This document shows, in pieces, positions 26,861 to 38,930 of a stretch of DNA of 64,000 nt. The notes below the pieces were generated by a model. That model searched no databases and was not told the origin of the DNA. It worked only from the letters and a program-made list of their open reading frames with translations. The DNA comes from Octopus bimaculoides (taxonomy: Eukaryota). Location of the stretch: assembly GCF_001194135.2 (NCBI RefSeq), contig NC_068982.1:50804459-50868458 (forward strand). Direction: 5' to 3'. Within the stretch, counting starts at the first letter, position 1. Each line of letters starts with the position of its first letter. Position numbers and translations under genes: made by a program.

Positions 26861-26950
26861 TGAATGCATATATTTGTACATACATACATACATGCATACA
26901 TACATACATACATACAAACATACATGCATACGTACCTACGTACATACGTA
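26517..26950. repeat. Compound microsatellite (CA)n-(TACA)n-(GACG/GATG/GACA)n-(GATA)n-(TACA)n
   Basis: Visible tracts. Confidence 0.95.
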
Positions 26951-27477
26951 TATTCATATGTAAACACTTGCGCACGCATATCCATTAATATTCTTACAAA
27001 GAATGCTATTTCTTGAAACTGTCTTAAATCCATAAATAGTGGATAGCGTTATGCTGTATTAATATGTTATTTCCATATTATTCAACAAAATAATAGCTAA
27101 TATTATTACACCCGAGGCGTCAACAATCTTGTAAAATTAGAAAATGAACTTGTATGAAACCTCTTAGAAATTCTCTAATGGACTCAGTGAAATTCAACTA
27201 TATATTTAAGATACATACATAGACATACATACATACATACATACATACATACATACATACATACAGATGCATATAATGAATGTAGGGAGTGTACAAATAC
27301 ATGCATAATATATGGATATATATATATATTTATATGTGTGTGTGTGTAAATATATATATAATAAAAATATTCTTATATATGCGTATATATATTATATATT
27401 TATATGCACAATATATGTAAGTAAAATATGTATGTAAATCTGTATATATGTATACACGTATATGTATGTAAATTTGC

Positions 27478-27532
<55 letters not shown>

Positions 27533-27639
27533 CGTACAAATTCCTGTGTATATGTATATTTATATAGGTATTTATGTGAACACATGCAAATATAATTGTA
27601 CTTATATATACACGTGTATATATTTATGTACATGCATAT

Positions 27640-28240
27640 ATGCTGGGGCACCGCCATTGTAATCACGTTTTAATTGGCCAGTTCTATGGGTTTGGCTTTT
27701 GGTGAAGGATGAAGTTCGATATCACTGCCCTCTTTTGAGTTACCTGCCTTGATATTGATTCACCTGGGATCTTGGATAGTAAGAGGTCAAGTTGTTTCTT
27801 GAAAATATCCACTCTCACTCCATGGAGGTCCCTCAGATGTTTTGGCAAGGAGTTAAATAGCTGTGGGCTCTTGAATCCCAAGCTATTGCAGTACATGGTC
27901 CTCACCCTAGATGAGACAGCTGAGATTTTTGGAACAGTGCAGTGACGTCCATTTTGAGGTCTTGAATAAATCTCAATTCCAAAGTTTTGTACCAGCCCCT
28001 CCAGTATCTTCCATATATATATATATANNNNNNNNNNNNNNNNNNNNNNNNNNNNNNNNNNNNNNNNNNNNNNNNNNNNNNNNNNNNNNNNNNNNNNNNN
28101 NNNNNNNNNNNNNNNNNNNNNNNNNNNNNNNNNNNNNNNNNNNNNNNNNNNNNNNNNNNNNNNNNNNNNNNNNNNNNNNNNNNNNNNNNNNNNNNNNNNN
28201 NNNNNNNNNNNNNNNNNNNNNNNNNNNNNNNNNNNNNNNN

Positions 28241-28283
<43 letters not shown>

Positions 28284-28426
28284 TGCGTACCTCTCCCGTT
28301 TTCGCTCCAGGGAGTGTAGTCGTCGCTCTTTCAGTCTCTCCAAGAAGCTTAACTGTCCCATTGATGTAGTCTTCCTTATGTAGTATCGCATCAACTTCTG
28401 CTATTAACCCTACAGTGTAGGGTGTC

Positions 28427-28428
<2 letters not shown>
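27640..28428 (-). mobile_element. CR1/L2-group LINE 3' end (post-RT region and 3' UTR), interrupted by (TA)n and a gap
   Basis: WTPY..; MGQLSFLERLKERRLHSLERKRERYAV[IY]nIWKILEGLVQN..SLGFKSPQLFNSLPKHLRD..FKKQLDLLLSKIP is the typical L.SLE.RR.R..II..WKI..G / LFN.LP tail. Confidence 0.85.
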
Positions 28429-28463
<35 letters not shown>

Positions 28464-28585
28464 NNNNNNNNNNNNNNNNNNNNNNNNNNNNNNNNNNNNN
28501 NNNNNNNNNNNNNNNNNNNNNNNNNNNNNNNNNNNNNNNNNNNNNNNNNNNNNNNNNNNNNNNNNNNNNNNNNNNNNNNNNNNNN

Positions 28586-28629
<44 letters not shown>

Positions 28630-29139
28630 GAGAGAGAGAGAGAGAAAGAAAGAGAGAGAGAAAGAGAGAGAGTGTGTAGAGAGAGACCAAAGTGTATGTA
28701 TGCCGCCATATGTATAGAAAAAGGAATACAAATATATACAAATATATATATTCTTACTATGGAAAGAATCTTGGACGCGTTAGCAACAACAATATACAAA
28801 TTACTTTCTCACTGTTATGTGTAAGTTCAGCAGCGTTTTTATAAAATTTCTATTCATTTTTTTATATCGCTCTAGGCTAAAATCTCTCGCCAGTGTAACT
28901 GGGTCATGCGGAAATTGGCAATTGTTAACAGAAGCCCAATTGTGGAGAATGCCGACATTTCTGCGTATGCTAGCAAGATCCATTCCTGATCGAAACTATA
29001 TATATATATATATAAGATAATTTTTATATCCAAGTTAACATGGCTATCTTGTTAGGACACCAAATACCGAGTTATTAACCTTGAAAGATCCCCTTATATA
29101 GGCGCTTGGTCATAAAGGCCCACATATGAATCCGTGACC

Positions 29140-29290
29140 GATAAATTCCACTACGGTAAATTCACAATAGGTAAAATTCAGTGCGGTATATTCCACTAAG
29201 GTAAATTCCAGTACGTTAAATTCCACTCGGAAAATTTCTTTATAGGTAAAATTCAGTGCGGTATATTCCACTAAGGTAAATTCAACGGTT
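29140..29290. repeat. 15-bp minisatellite (ggtaaattccactac-like, ~10 units) with a 75-bp higher-order period
   Basis: A 42-bp block at 29167-29208 recurs exactly at 29242-29283. Confidence 0.88.
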
Positions 29291-29460
29291 TTAGAAAACT
29301 AATTACACTCGCCCTTGTTACACACTTCTCAACTAATTAGTCGTTAGTTAAAGTATAAGTTTATGTCATTATTACTCATTTTTTAACTGAATTTCACTGT
29401 ACTGCTAATTTTTTTTCATTCAGTTTAACTTTGAACTTTGAAACCCTCAACCATGGCAAC

Positions 29461-29502
<42 letters not shown>

Positions 29503-29570
29503 TTGTGAGAACATTAGTTCCTTTTACTTTTCATCTATCAATAAAAGGTAGTTATATATTTATTATGTCT

Positions 29571-29765
29571 AAGGAGGCAAGCTGGCAGAATCATTAGCAC
29601 GCCGGGCGAAATGTTTAGGTGCGTTTCACCCGTCTTTACGTTCTCAGTTCAAATTCCGCTGGGGTCAACTTTGCCCATCATCCTTTCGGGTCGATAAGAC
29701 AGATACCAGTTGAGTATTGGAGTCGATTTAATCAACTTAGCCCCTCCTTCTAAATTGCTGATCTT
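29571..29765 (+). mobile_element. SINE family A
   Basis: aaggaggcaagctggcagaatcattagcacgccgggcgaaatg...gttcaaattccgc...ctaaattgctgatctt. Confidence 0.88.
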
Positions 29766-29789
29766 ATATTTATGATTCGTCTTCAGTCT

Positions 29790-30012
29790 AAGCCCAAAGT
29801 CACAATCATTGAGGATGAGCTAATACAGGTGATCAGCTTGCTAAGAAAAACAGCCAAATCTTCTAATCACTCCTAACTGCTAAAAGAAACACATTAAATA
29901 ACGTAGTCTTTGAAAGGTAATGTCCAGAAAAGAATAACGTTGTCATGTTTAGAATGTTTTTGATTATAGAACTGCTATCATGACTGACTTGGAGCTTGAC
30001 AATAGCAACAAT
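29790..30012 (+). mobile_element. Old interspersed family G fragment with 3' end
   Basis: gcttgctaagaaaaacagccaaatctt...gtcatgtttagaatgtttttgattataga...ttggagcttgacaatagcaacaa. Confidence 0.5.
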
Positions 30013-30059
30013 TGTTACCTCATCTAATAGCGCAGTTCTATTTTAAAAAAAACCGTAAG

Positions 30060-30375
30060 CGTAGTAAGGCCGACTATTTAAGAAGTTCCCTTCACAACAA
30101 AGAAGTTTCAGATTCCAGCTCACTGCGAGGCATCTTGGATAAATATCATTTTCTATAGCATCGTGTCAGCCTGTGTATCTTGCGAGTGAAACTGGTCAGA
30201 CGGTAGCTGCACAGAAGCCTCTCAGTTGGATTGCACCTGTAATTAAGAGGTAGAATCTAGTCGCACATTGTGTTACACTGATTTAACCTGGGAATTATGC
30301 GCGTCTCGTGATAATACATGAGCAGGATATTCAGTCAGTCGAAGAAATGAATCCTCGTTGTTGAATGACAGAGAT
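30060..30375. mobile_element. Diverged SINE B head (+) joined to diverged SINE D body (-)
   Basis: gaagtttcagattccagctcactgcgaggcatcttgg (B head), then gcacctgtaattaagagg...gatattcagtcagtcgaagaaatgaatcctcgttg (D-like). Confidence 0.5.
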
Positions 30376-32249
30376 CAACTATCACTAGTATAAAAATACT
30401 GTACCTATACACTAGAACTACTGACTGATTAACCTAAAACCAAGTATACATATTACATTGATAACCTCTATAATGCGCTCAGTTAACCTTGTTGCTCAGT
30501 GTCTTTGGTCTTTGCATATTTTGCACACAGCCTTCATGTTATTGTCTACTAACTGATTTTATCATTCGAGCATTATGCCTTTCTTAATGTCTTTCATCGT
30601 TTCACACACACACAACAATGCAGTACACAATAAGTTACTCACAATCTCCTCCATCAGTACGTTACTCGAAACCCCCTCTATCAATATGTTAATCGAATCC
30701 TTCTACATTAAATAATATTTCCCGATGAGACTTCTTAAAGCGTCTGGCTAAAGTCAGAGAAAAAAATGTCGGTAAAAGATATGCCACGACATCTTACGTA
30801 TCTTCGACAACTATTTCTTCAACATTTATACTTATTGCATTATTTTACAACTACCACGTTCCTAATATTTATATGGTAGTTCAGTAAATTTACTCGAAGA
30901 TTTATAAAAAATAATCATTTGTTGATTTTTTTTGTGCCATGTTCTTTTCCTTTTAAAAGCAAAAAAGTTTACCGAAAACAACTCTCTCGCTGTTTTCTTT
31001 CTCTCTTTCTCTCCACCTCTCCCTTTCCTGCTTCTTTCAACTTTCCGTCTCTGCATTTTATGCCATTTTTATCCAGACACTCTACATTAATGAGGGTTAT
31101 AATGATATGACTTAAAGGGCTAAAATCTCAAAATCAATATGATAGTCTTCGTTCTATCGAAGTAAATATGTTCTTGAAATGAACAAGTACTTTTATCTTT
31201 TGACAAGTCAAAAGAAGGAAAAATATATAAAGGTGACAGTGAATCGACTTGTATGTAGTGATAGTCAAGCACGCAAACAACTCTGTAGTAAAAGCCAGTA
31301 GCTGAAATAGATCTCATCTGATCAACATACTGATGTCGATGTAAACAGGAAATTCTTTCGACAGCTATAACTCAAGACGAACTCTTCCAACGATGGAAAT
31401 ACTTTTTCTCAGCAATTTCTTTACAAAATATTCTCTTTTTTACTTTATATTTTTTCTTTCCCTGCATACACAAACTCGTAAACACATTAAGCCTCTTAAT
31501 ATCCAAAGAAAGGAAGGAGAAAGAGAGAATAAGGAAATAAAAGTATAAAAGTATAAATAGAAATAGCAAGATGAAATGAATGATGAATTAAGACAAAAAT
31601 ATATTTTCCGAGAAATTTTAAATGGCGACCATCGCCACCATCGCTTGTTTTATTCCAATTAATTTCTACGAGACAAGATTGATTATTCAATATTCTGCCA
31701 CCCAACAATAATTTTCTCTAACTATTAATTTTCTTCTATTCATGAGCAACAATTAACCAAGTAACCAATTGTAATACATACGTCTGCAATAACTGACAGT
31801 AATAACTGAAAAGAAAAAAAAAAACTTGTAAATACGTTGAGAAAGTATTTTACTCTTCATTTTTCCCGTTTCCTTTTCCGTCNNNNNNNNNNNNNNNNNN
31901 NNNNNNNNNNNNNNNNNNNNNNNNNNNNNNNNNNNNNNNNNNNNNNNNNNNNNNNNNNNNNNNNNNNNNNNNNNNNNNNNNNNNNNNNNNNNNNNNNNNN
32001 NNNNNNNNNNNNNNNNNNNNNNNNNNNNNNNNNNNNNNNNNNNNNNNNNNNNNNNNNNNNNNNNNNNNNNNNNNNNNNNNNNNNNNNNNNNNNNNNNNNN
32101 NNNNNNNNNNNNNNNNNNNNNNNNNNNNNNNNNNNNNNNNNNNNNNNNNNNNNNNNNNNNNNNNNNNNNNNNNNNNNNNNNNNNNNNNNNNNNNNNNNNN
32201 NNNNNNNNNNNNNNNNNNNNNTTCTATATTTAAGAGAAGAGGAATTATG

Positions 32250-32429
32250 TACATCATTTACCTTATTTACAATTAACGGATATTTGTCCTCATCTTGTTG
32301 TTAACCCAGGTTCGAAATTTCCCCAAGACACCTGATGAAGGCTGGAGGGTATATCAGCCGAAGCGTTGTGTTAACAACAAACAAGATGAGGACAAATATC
32401 CGTCAATTGTAAATAATGTAAATAATGTA
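32250..32429. mobile_element. Penelope-type inverted pseudo-LTR fragment (imperfect ~55-60-bp inverted repeat)
   Basis: tttacaattaacggatatttgtcctcatcttgttgttaac versus reverse complement tttacaattgacggatatttgtcctcatcttgtttgttgttaac; hammerhead core in the spacer. Confidence 0.75.
32327..32372 (+). ncRNA. Minimal type-I hammerhead ribozyme motif (A15.1 changed to G)
   Basis: GACAC-CUGAUGA-A-GGCUG...CAGCC-GAA-GC-GU-U-GUGUU: stem I GACAC/GUGUU, stem II GGCUG/CAGCC; canonical GAAAC reads GAAGC here. Confidence 0.7.
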
Positions 32430-34039
32430 AAGTTGAATGGGTTTAATACAAAAAACTAGCAAACATTTTCTGTATAGGTTGAAGCACACGAAGCAGTGTA
32501 AATCTCGTGTAAGAAGTCTGAATAATTTTTCACAGCTTTCAAAACTCATCTACTGCATATAAGATAACTACAAGCTCCCTAACAAAAAATAATGTGATAT
32601 TTTCAATGTTTTTTTTATATATTTTCCAGTTGTGTCTAAATATATATTTATAGAAGGATAAGCCAACTTCTATTTGAGTACTACTCTTTTTTTTTTCTTT
32701 CTTTTTTTTTATTAATGTCACTCATCCTGGATATTTTAGAACTTTTTAAGCCTGGAAATTACTTACTTAAAACTCTGCCATCATTACTATAATGTTTATT
32801 TCACACTTAAGTTACTAAATGACAAGTAATTCGTCAGCAAACACCTGGAAGTTGCTTACTTGTTCTCCATGACTTCATTTCGCTTTCTTTATCTTATTTC
32901 AAACTGTTACATGTTTGATGGAGATATATTTTTTATTTCATTTTGTTCTTTCACTTCAGCTTAGTCAAAAAAGAAAAAAAAAAACAAAAGATAGTAATTA
33001 TTAGTTAACTAGTTTATGTTATACAGTATTTCTTTTTTATGTTGAAAAGTCAGACATGGGCAAGAAAAGGCTGAGGAGGTTAAATGACTAGAAAATTGTA
33101 ACTGTTTGAAATGTCAAGCAATGCTATAAAGAAACGTCATGAGATTTCTGTAAATGACGAATCAGCCTCTTTTTTTTCTTCTTTTTTTTTTTTTGACTGC
33201 ATTAAAATTAAAGTAATTTTGTTCTTTTTTTTTTCTTTCCAAAATTTCAAATATGTACACGGAAAAGAATATTTACATGCATTGCCTTAGTTTTAAGAGA
33301 TAAATTGACTTCTTGAAACATCGTAGTCTGAAGAGTTGCTCAGTCAGCTATATGGTTAACTACCAATAAAAGAGTTGACGGTTCGTTTTCTAGCACCGAC
33401 TCTGAGTTTTATCCGTGACTTTGTACATAAAGTTTCATATAGACACCCATGAGTAGATGTATCGCACATCAACAAGAGAGGAAATACTCCATTAAATATG
33501 TCGTATATAAAGTAGCATTTTTGATATTGAGCATTTTTTGCTTGTCTTTTTATAACTTTGTTAGAGGAGAAGGGTTAGCCCCTGACACTATTAAGGGTTT
33601 CCAACACTGGTGGGTTGAAAGGAGCAAGATATTTTCTAACCGGAATGTTGGCCTGAATGCTTATCCCAGAATGGATCTATTACAGAGGTCCAAGGCCCAA
33701 ATAGGTGTGTTAAATTAGGCGATGAATTAAATCTTACCGCACCTAAATAATAATATACCATCTGACGAGCTTCCACACAATTTCCGGCTTTGGTCTACCT
33801 GAAACTGTAGAAGACACTTGCCTATGGTGCTACACTGTGAAATTGAAACCGAAACTACAATGATGCTAGGCGAACTTCTTAATCACATAATTAGATACTG
33901 CTTTGATCACGGTACGTTTCTTTGGTTTTGCAGTCGATGCTTCAAATTCTTTTATTTATGCCGCGTAGGCAACAGAAAACCACTCCATGGTGGTGCCACA
34001 TAAACCCAACCCCGCCAAAATCCACAAGAAGACCTGCGA

Positions 34040-34280
34040 CTTTTTCAATAGCAACAATAAAGATCCTTCCCGGTTTCCCCGTTTCCGTGGCGTATATAAA
34101 TCCACCTTCAGGGGACGCTCGTCCGTCGCAGGGTTACTCATCTTTATCACCTGAGTGGATTGGAGCAACAAGAAATGAGGTGTTTTGCTCAAGAACACAA
34201 CGCGTCGCTCGGTCCAGGAATCGAAACCACAATCTAACAATCATGAGTCCAGCACACTGTCCACTAAGCCACGCTCCACC
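34040..34280 (-). mobile_element. tRNA-derived SINE with a Nin/Deu/Meta-type conserved domain
   Basis: Reverse complement: tRNA head gttcgattcctgg, tgtgttcttgagcaaaaca, then gtaaccctgcgacggacgagcgtccc...acgccacggaaacgggg, resembling the aaccctgcgatggactagcatccc domain as I recall it. Confidence 0.65.
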
Positions 34281-34724
34281 ACAACACCGGAAACAATAAC
34301 AAAAAACAACAAACAAAGCAACAATAACAGCAGTGTGTATTTGTGTGACATTGGATTTATGGACTGATATGTAAAAATGACAATAAGTCTTTTCTCAGTT
34401 CAATGACAGCTTCATATATATTTCAAATTTTGCCACAAGACCAGCAGCTGTGGCNNNNNNNNNNNNNNNNNNNNNNNNNNNNNNNNNNNNNNNNNNNNNN
34501 NNNNNNNNNNNNNNNNNNNNNNNNNNNNNNNNNNNNNNNNNNNNNNNNNNNNNNNNNNNNNNNNNNNNNNNNNNNNNNNNNNNNNNNNNNNNNNNNNNNN
34601 NNNNNNNNNNNNNNNNNNNNNNNNNNNNNNNNNNNNNNNNNNNNNNNNNNNNNNNNNNNNNNNNNNNNNNNNNNNNNNNNNNNNNNNNNNNNNNNNNNNN
34701 NNNNNNNNNNNNNNNNNNNNNNNN

Positions 34725-34902
34725 TGACTCGATTACATCGACCCCGGAGTTCACTTGGTACTTATTTTATCGACCCCGAAACGACCCTGAAACGATGAAA
34801 AAAAGTCGACGTCGGTGGAATTTGAACTCAGAACGTAAAGACGAATGAAATGCTGCTAAGCATTTGCCCGGCATGCTAACGAGTTTGCCAACTCGCCGCC
34901 TT
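34725..34902 (-). mobile_element. SINE family A
   Basis: gattacatcgacccc...gtcgacgtcggtggaatttgaactcagaacgtaaagac...ttgccaactcgccgcctt. Confidence 0.88.
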
Positions 34903-34924
34903 AGTGTCAGATTCATATAAACAG

Positions 34925-35100
34925 CTATTTAGCAGGCCTAGTAATTGAAGTTCCATCCTCGACCATCCGTTTTACATCAAGCATTGCATCGTCCAATACT
35001 GCTCTTAATTATTTTTACGGTGGTAGGTTGTGATTTGAGGAAAATTTGATTGATACTTCTAGCATCTCGAATGACAGCACAAAGGCTCCCTCATTGGTTT
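34925..35100 (-). mobile_element. Old interspersed family G fragment
   Basis: ggtaggttgtgatttgaggaaaatttgattgatacttctagcatc...aggctccctcattgg. Confidence 0.45.
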
Positions 35101-36279
35101 GATGTAGTCACTAGATAACAATGATGAGGCATAATAAATCCTATCTTTAAGATAACTTCCATCTTTCTCATCCATCTAACATCTGTAAAATGAAGAGAAC
35201 TGGATGCCTTAAAAATGTCATCTTAAAAGAATGAATCAAAACAACCGCTCTTATGATATCTCTAACTTAAATATGAACATACATCTTTTGACCCTTTTGA
35301 AGTTTAATAATCTTGCTACTTTCTTTGTACTGTGTAAGATGTATAGTCGAAGAAATCGATACAATATAGATCTAAACAAAGAAAACAAAGGGATTCCTTG
35401 AAACAAAGGTCACCGAATTAGAAATTATAAAACTTCTATTTCGCTTTCTCTAACTATCAAATCAAGCACTTCTTTTNNNNNNNNNNNNNNNNNNNNNNNN
35501 NNNNNNNNNNNNNNNNNNNNNNNNNNNNNNNNNNNNNNNNNNNNNNNNNNNNNNNNNNNNNNNNNNNNNNNNNNNNNNNNNNNNNNNNNNNNNNNNNNNN
35601 NNNNNNNNNNNNNNNNNNNNNNNNNNNNNNNNNNNNNNNNNNNNNNNNNNNNNNNNNNNNNNNNNNNNNNNNNNNNNNNNNNNNNNNNNNNNNNNNNNNN
35701 NNNNNNNNNNNNNNNNNNNNNNNNNNNNNNNNNNNNNNNNNNNNNNNNNNNNNNNNNNNNNNNNNNNNNNNNNNNNNNNNNNNNNNNNNNNNNNNNNNNN
35801 NNNNNNNNNNNNNNNNNNNNNNNNNNNNNNNNNNNNNNNNNNNNNNNNNNNNNNNNNNNNNNNNNNNNNNNNNNNNNNNNNNNNNNNNNNNNNNNNNNNN
35901 NNNNNNNNNNNNNNNNNNNNNNNNNNNNNNNNNNNNNNNNNNNNNNNNNNNNNNNNNNNNNNNNNNNNNNNNNNNNNNNNNNNNNNNNNNNNNNNNNNNN
36001 NNNNNNNNNNNNNNNNNNNNNNNNNNNNNNNNNNNNNNNNNNNNNNNNNNNNNNNNNNNNNNNNNNNNNNNNNNNNNNNNNNNNNNNNNNNNNNNNNNNN
36101 NNNNNNNNNNNNNNNNNNNNNNNNNNNNNNNNNNNNNNNNNNNNNNNNNNNNNNNNNNNNNNNNNNNNNNNNNNNNNNNNNNNNNNNNNNNNNNNNNNNN
36201 NNNNNNNNNNNNNNNNNNNNNNNNNNNNNNNNNNNNNNNNNNNNNNNNNNNNNNNNNNNNNNNNNNNNNNNNNNNNNNN

Positions 36280-36320
<41 letters not shown>

Positions 36321-37245
36321 TGCACACTCACATATATATGCATACTACAATATATAAATATTAATTTCCATACATGGGTCAATAAGGTTTGAAACCATGA
36401 ACAATAAATAAAATTATCTGTAAATGTAAATGGATGTTGTCACTTTCATCTGTGTTAGAAGAAAAGCACGACAGAAAAGTACCGTACAAACACAATAACC
36501 CATTTACCCGCTCGTACACGTTGTAACCGTTAACGTTGTAGACGCTTTAAAGAATTGTACAATGAACATCAATACTTTCAGTTTTTAAGAATATTTGGCA
36601 GTAGAAAATATATGGTGTTTATTGTTGTGCTTGAATGAATGTTATATCCTGTAATCAGACTCGCTTAGAATCCTATTTGTGCATACATACCTACATACAT
36701 ACATACATACATACACACAGACATGCAAACACACACAAACTCTCTCTCATCCCTACACACACCCTCTTTCTCTCNNNNNNNNNNNNNNNNNNNNNNNNNN
36801 NNNNNNNNNNNNNNNNNNNNNNNNNNNNNNNNNNNNNNNNNNNNNNNNNNNNNNNNNNNNNNNNNNNNNNNNNNATATAATGTGCTGACCCGTGATGAAA
36901 ATTCGACAAAATAAGTACTCCATCTAGTGAGAGATAAAAATTATTTATCTAAGGCCAAAATACATGTATTAATGCGCTACTAATAGTTTCGTATGATGAG
37001 AGTACTCAAACATACTCTTCAGGCGCAAACGACATATCATAACGAACTGAAGATATTGAATAGTAGAAGAAACGCGAAATAAACTGAGAAGGCAGTACAT
37101 AGAAAATGCAAGCAGTAAACAACGGAAAACGAAAAACAGAAACTAAAAGGTCAAAAATATAATTGTAATAGGTAAAAAGGTAAAAGAGCTATCCTCCTTA
37201 GACCTCTATTACTGCTGTATTTGTTAGAGTGTGCTTCTTTCTGAT

Positions 37246-37300
<55 letters not shown>

Positions 37301-37883
37301 NNNNNNNNNNNNNNNNNNNNNNNNNNNNNNNNNNNNNNNNNNNNNNNNNNNNNNNNNNNNNNNNNNNNNNNNNNNNNNNNNNNNNNNNNNNNNNNNNNNN
37401 NNNNNNNNNNNNNNNNNNNNNNNNNNNNNNNNNNNNNNNNNNNNNNNNNNNNNNNNNNNNNNNNNNNNNNNNNNNNNNNNNNNNNNNNNNNNNNNNNNNN
37501 NNNNNNNNNNNNNNNNNNNNNNNNNNNNNNNNNNNNNNNNNNNNNNNNNNNNNNNNNNNNNNNNNNNNNNNNNNNNNNNNNNNNNNNNNNNNNNNNNNNN
37601 NNNNNNNNNNNNNNNNNNNNNNNNNNNNNNNNNNNNNNNNNNNNNNNNNNNNNNNNNNNNNNNNNNNNNNNNNNNNNNNNNNNNNNNNNNNNNNNNNNNN
37701 NNNNNNNNNNNNNNNNNNNNNNNNNNNNNNNNNNNNNNNNNNNNNNNNNNNNNNNNNNNNNNNNNNNNNNNNNNNNNNNNNNNNNNNNNNNNNNNNNNNN
37801 NNNNNNNNNNNNNNNNNNNNNNNNNNNNNNNNNNNNNNNNNNNNNNNNNNNNNNNNNNNNNNNNNNNNNNNNNNNNNNNNNNN

Positions 37884-37926
<43 letters not shown>

Positions 37927-37974
37927 CATACATATATATGATATTAAGTAAGTAAGTTAACAGAATCATTTGCA

Positions 37975-38162
37975 CGCCAGAGTAAATGCCTAGCAGCATT
38001 TCGTCCGTCATTAAGTTCTGAGTTCTAATTTCGCCGAGATCAACTTTACCTTTCATCATTTCTGGGTTGATAAAATAAGTAACAATTGAGCACTGGGGTC
38101 GATGTAATCGACTTTTACTATATTCCCGAAATTGCTAGCCTTGTGCCAAAATTTGAAACCAG
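37975..38162 (+). mobile_element. SINE family A
   Basis: gttctgagttctaatttcgccgagatcaactttacctttcatc...gcactggggtcgatgtaatcgac...gccttgtgccaaaatttgaaacc. Confidence 0.85.
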
Positions 38163-38309
38163 TATAATATGTGTGTGTGTGTGTGTGTATCTCCCTTTTA
38201 TCAAACCTCTTTTTATATTATCTCCCTTTCTTTGAATTTTTTTTCTAGTCTTTCGCCGTGTTGGACCGCTGAACACTACAAGTTTTTTTCATTCTCTTTC
38301 TGTTTATTT

Positions 38310-38720
38310 TCTAGTAACGTCATTTACTGCATCCCCTGCTCCTTCTGTCCGTCCCTGTACATCGGTCAAATGGGACGCCGCTTGACTGACCGGTTCGCAG
38401 AGCACACCGAGACATCAGACTCGGCAATGGCACCCCGGTCTCGCACCATTTCCGCTCTACCAGTCATTCGCTACATCATCTGTGTGTGTTCGAAATGTCT
38501 TTGCAGAGGGGCTATCCGGACACGTGCCTTCGCCGTGAACAGAAATTAATCTTCTCTCCTCGCTCCATTCGCGCCACATAGACTCTACTCACCTCCACTG
38601 TTCATCTGGCACACTTACTTCCACTGTTCATCTGACACCAACCTCACCTCCTCTCTTCATTTGATACCAACCCCACACCTCTCAAGTACGCTGAGTAAGT
38701 GCTATGATTGGTCGTCCGTT
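38310..38720 (+). mobile_element. Penelope-like element 3' fragment: GIY-YIG endonuclease (CCHH type) and 3' tandem repeats
   Basis: SNVIYCIPCSFCPSLYIGQMGRRLTDRFAEH, then a frameshift to ..PVSRHF..; short repeats cacctccactgttcatctg(a/g)cac at 38590-38660. Confidence 0.85.
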
Positions 38721-38854
38721 AGTTTCCAAGTTCACAGCTGAGGCTGGAGCTAGGGATCCATATTAGGCTTCGAGGAAAAAGGACAACAAAAGCCAAGGCA
38801 GAACGAGTAGCTCAAGTCATTTAGAATAATTTAATTAGAGTAAGGTGAATTTGA

Positions 38855-38930
38855 AATCTTAAGCTGTTTCTGAGATATCCCAAGTGATAGGCTTGCATAT
38901 CCGTGCACTAGGTATTCCGTCGTCAGAGAC
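38855..38930 (-). ncRNA. Degenerate hammerhead ribozyme copy, inverted partner of 39295
   Basis: Reverse complement GUCU-CUGACGA-c-ggaauaccua...uugggauaucuc-a-GAAAC-agcu-uaagau: core present, but stem III has lost the G of CUGU. Confidence 0.55.

Noticed and set aside
29140-29290. CRISPR-like array
   Set aside because: The units are contiguous tandem repeats with no unique spacers, and there are no cas genes in this eukaryotic DNA
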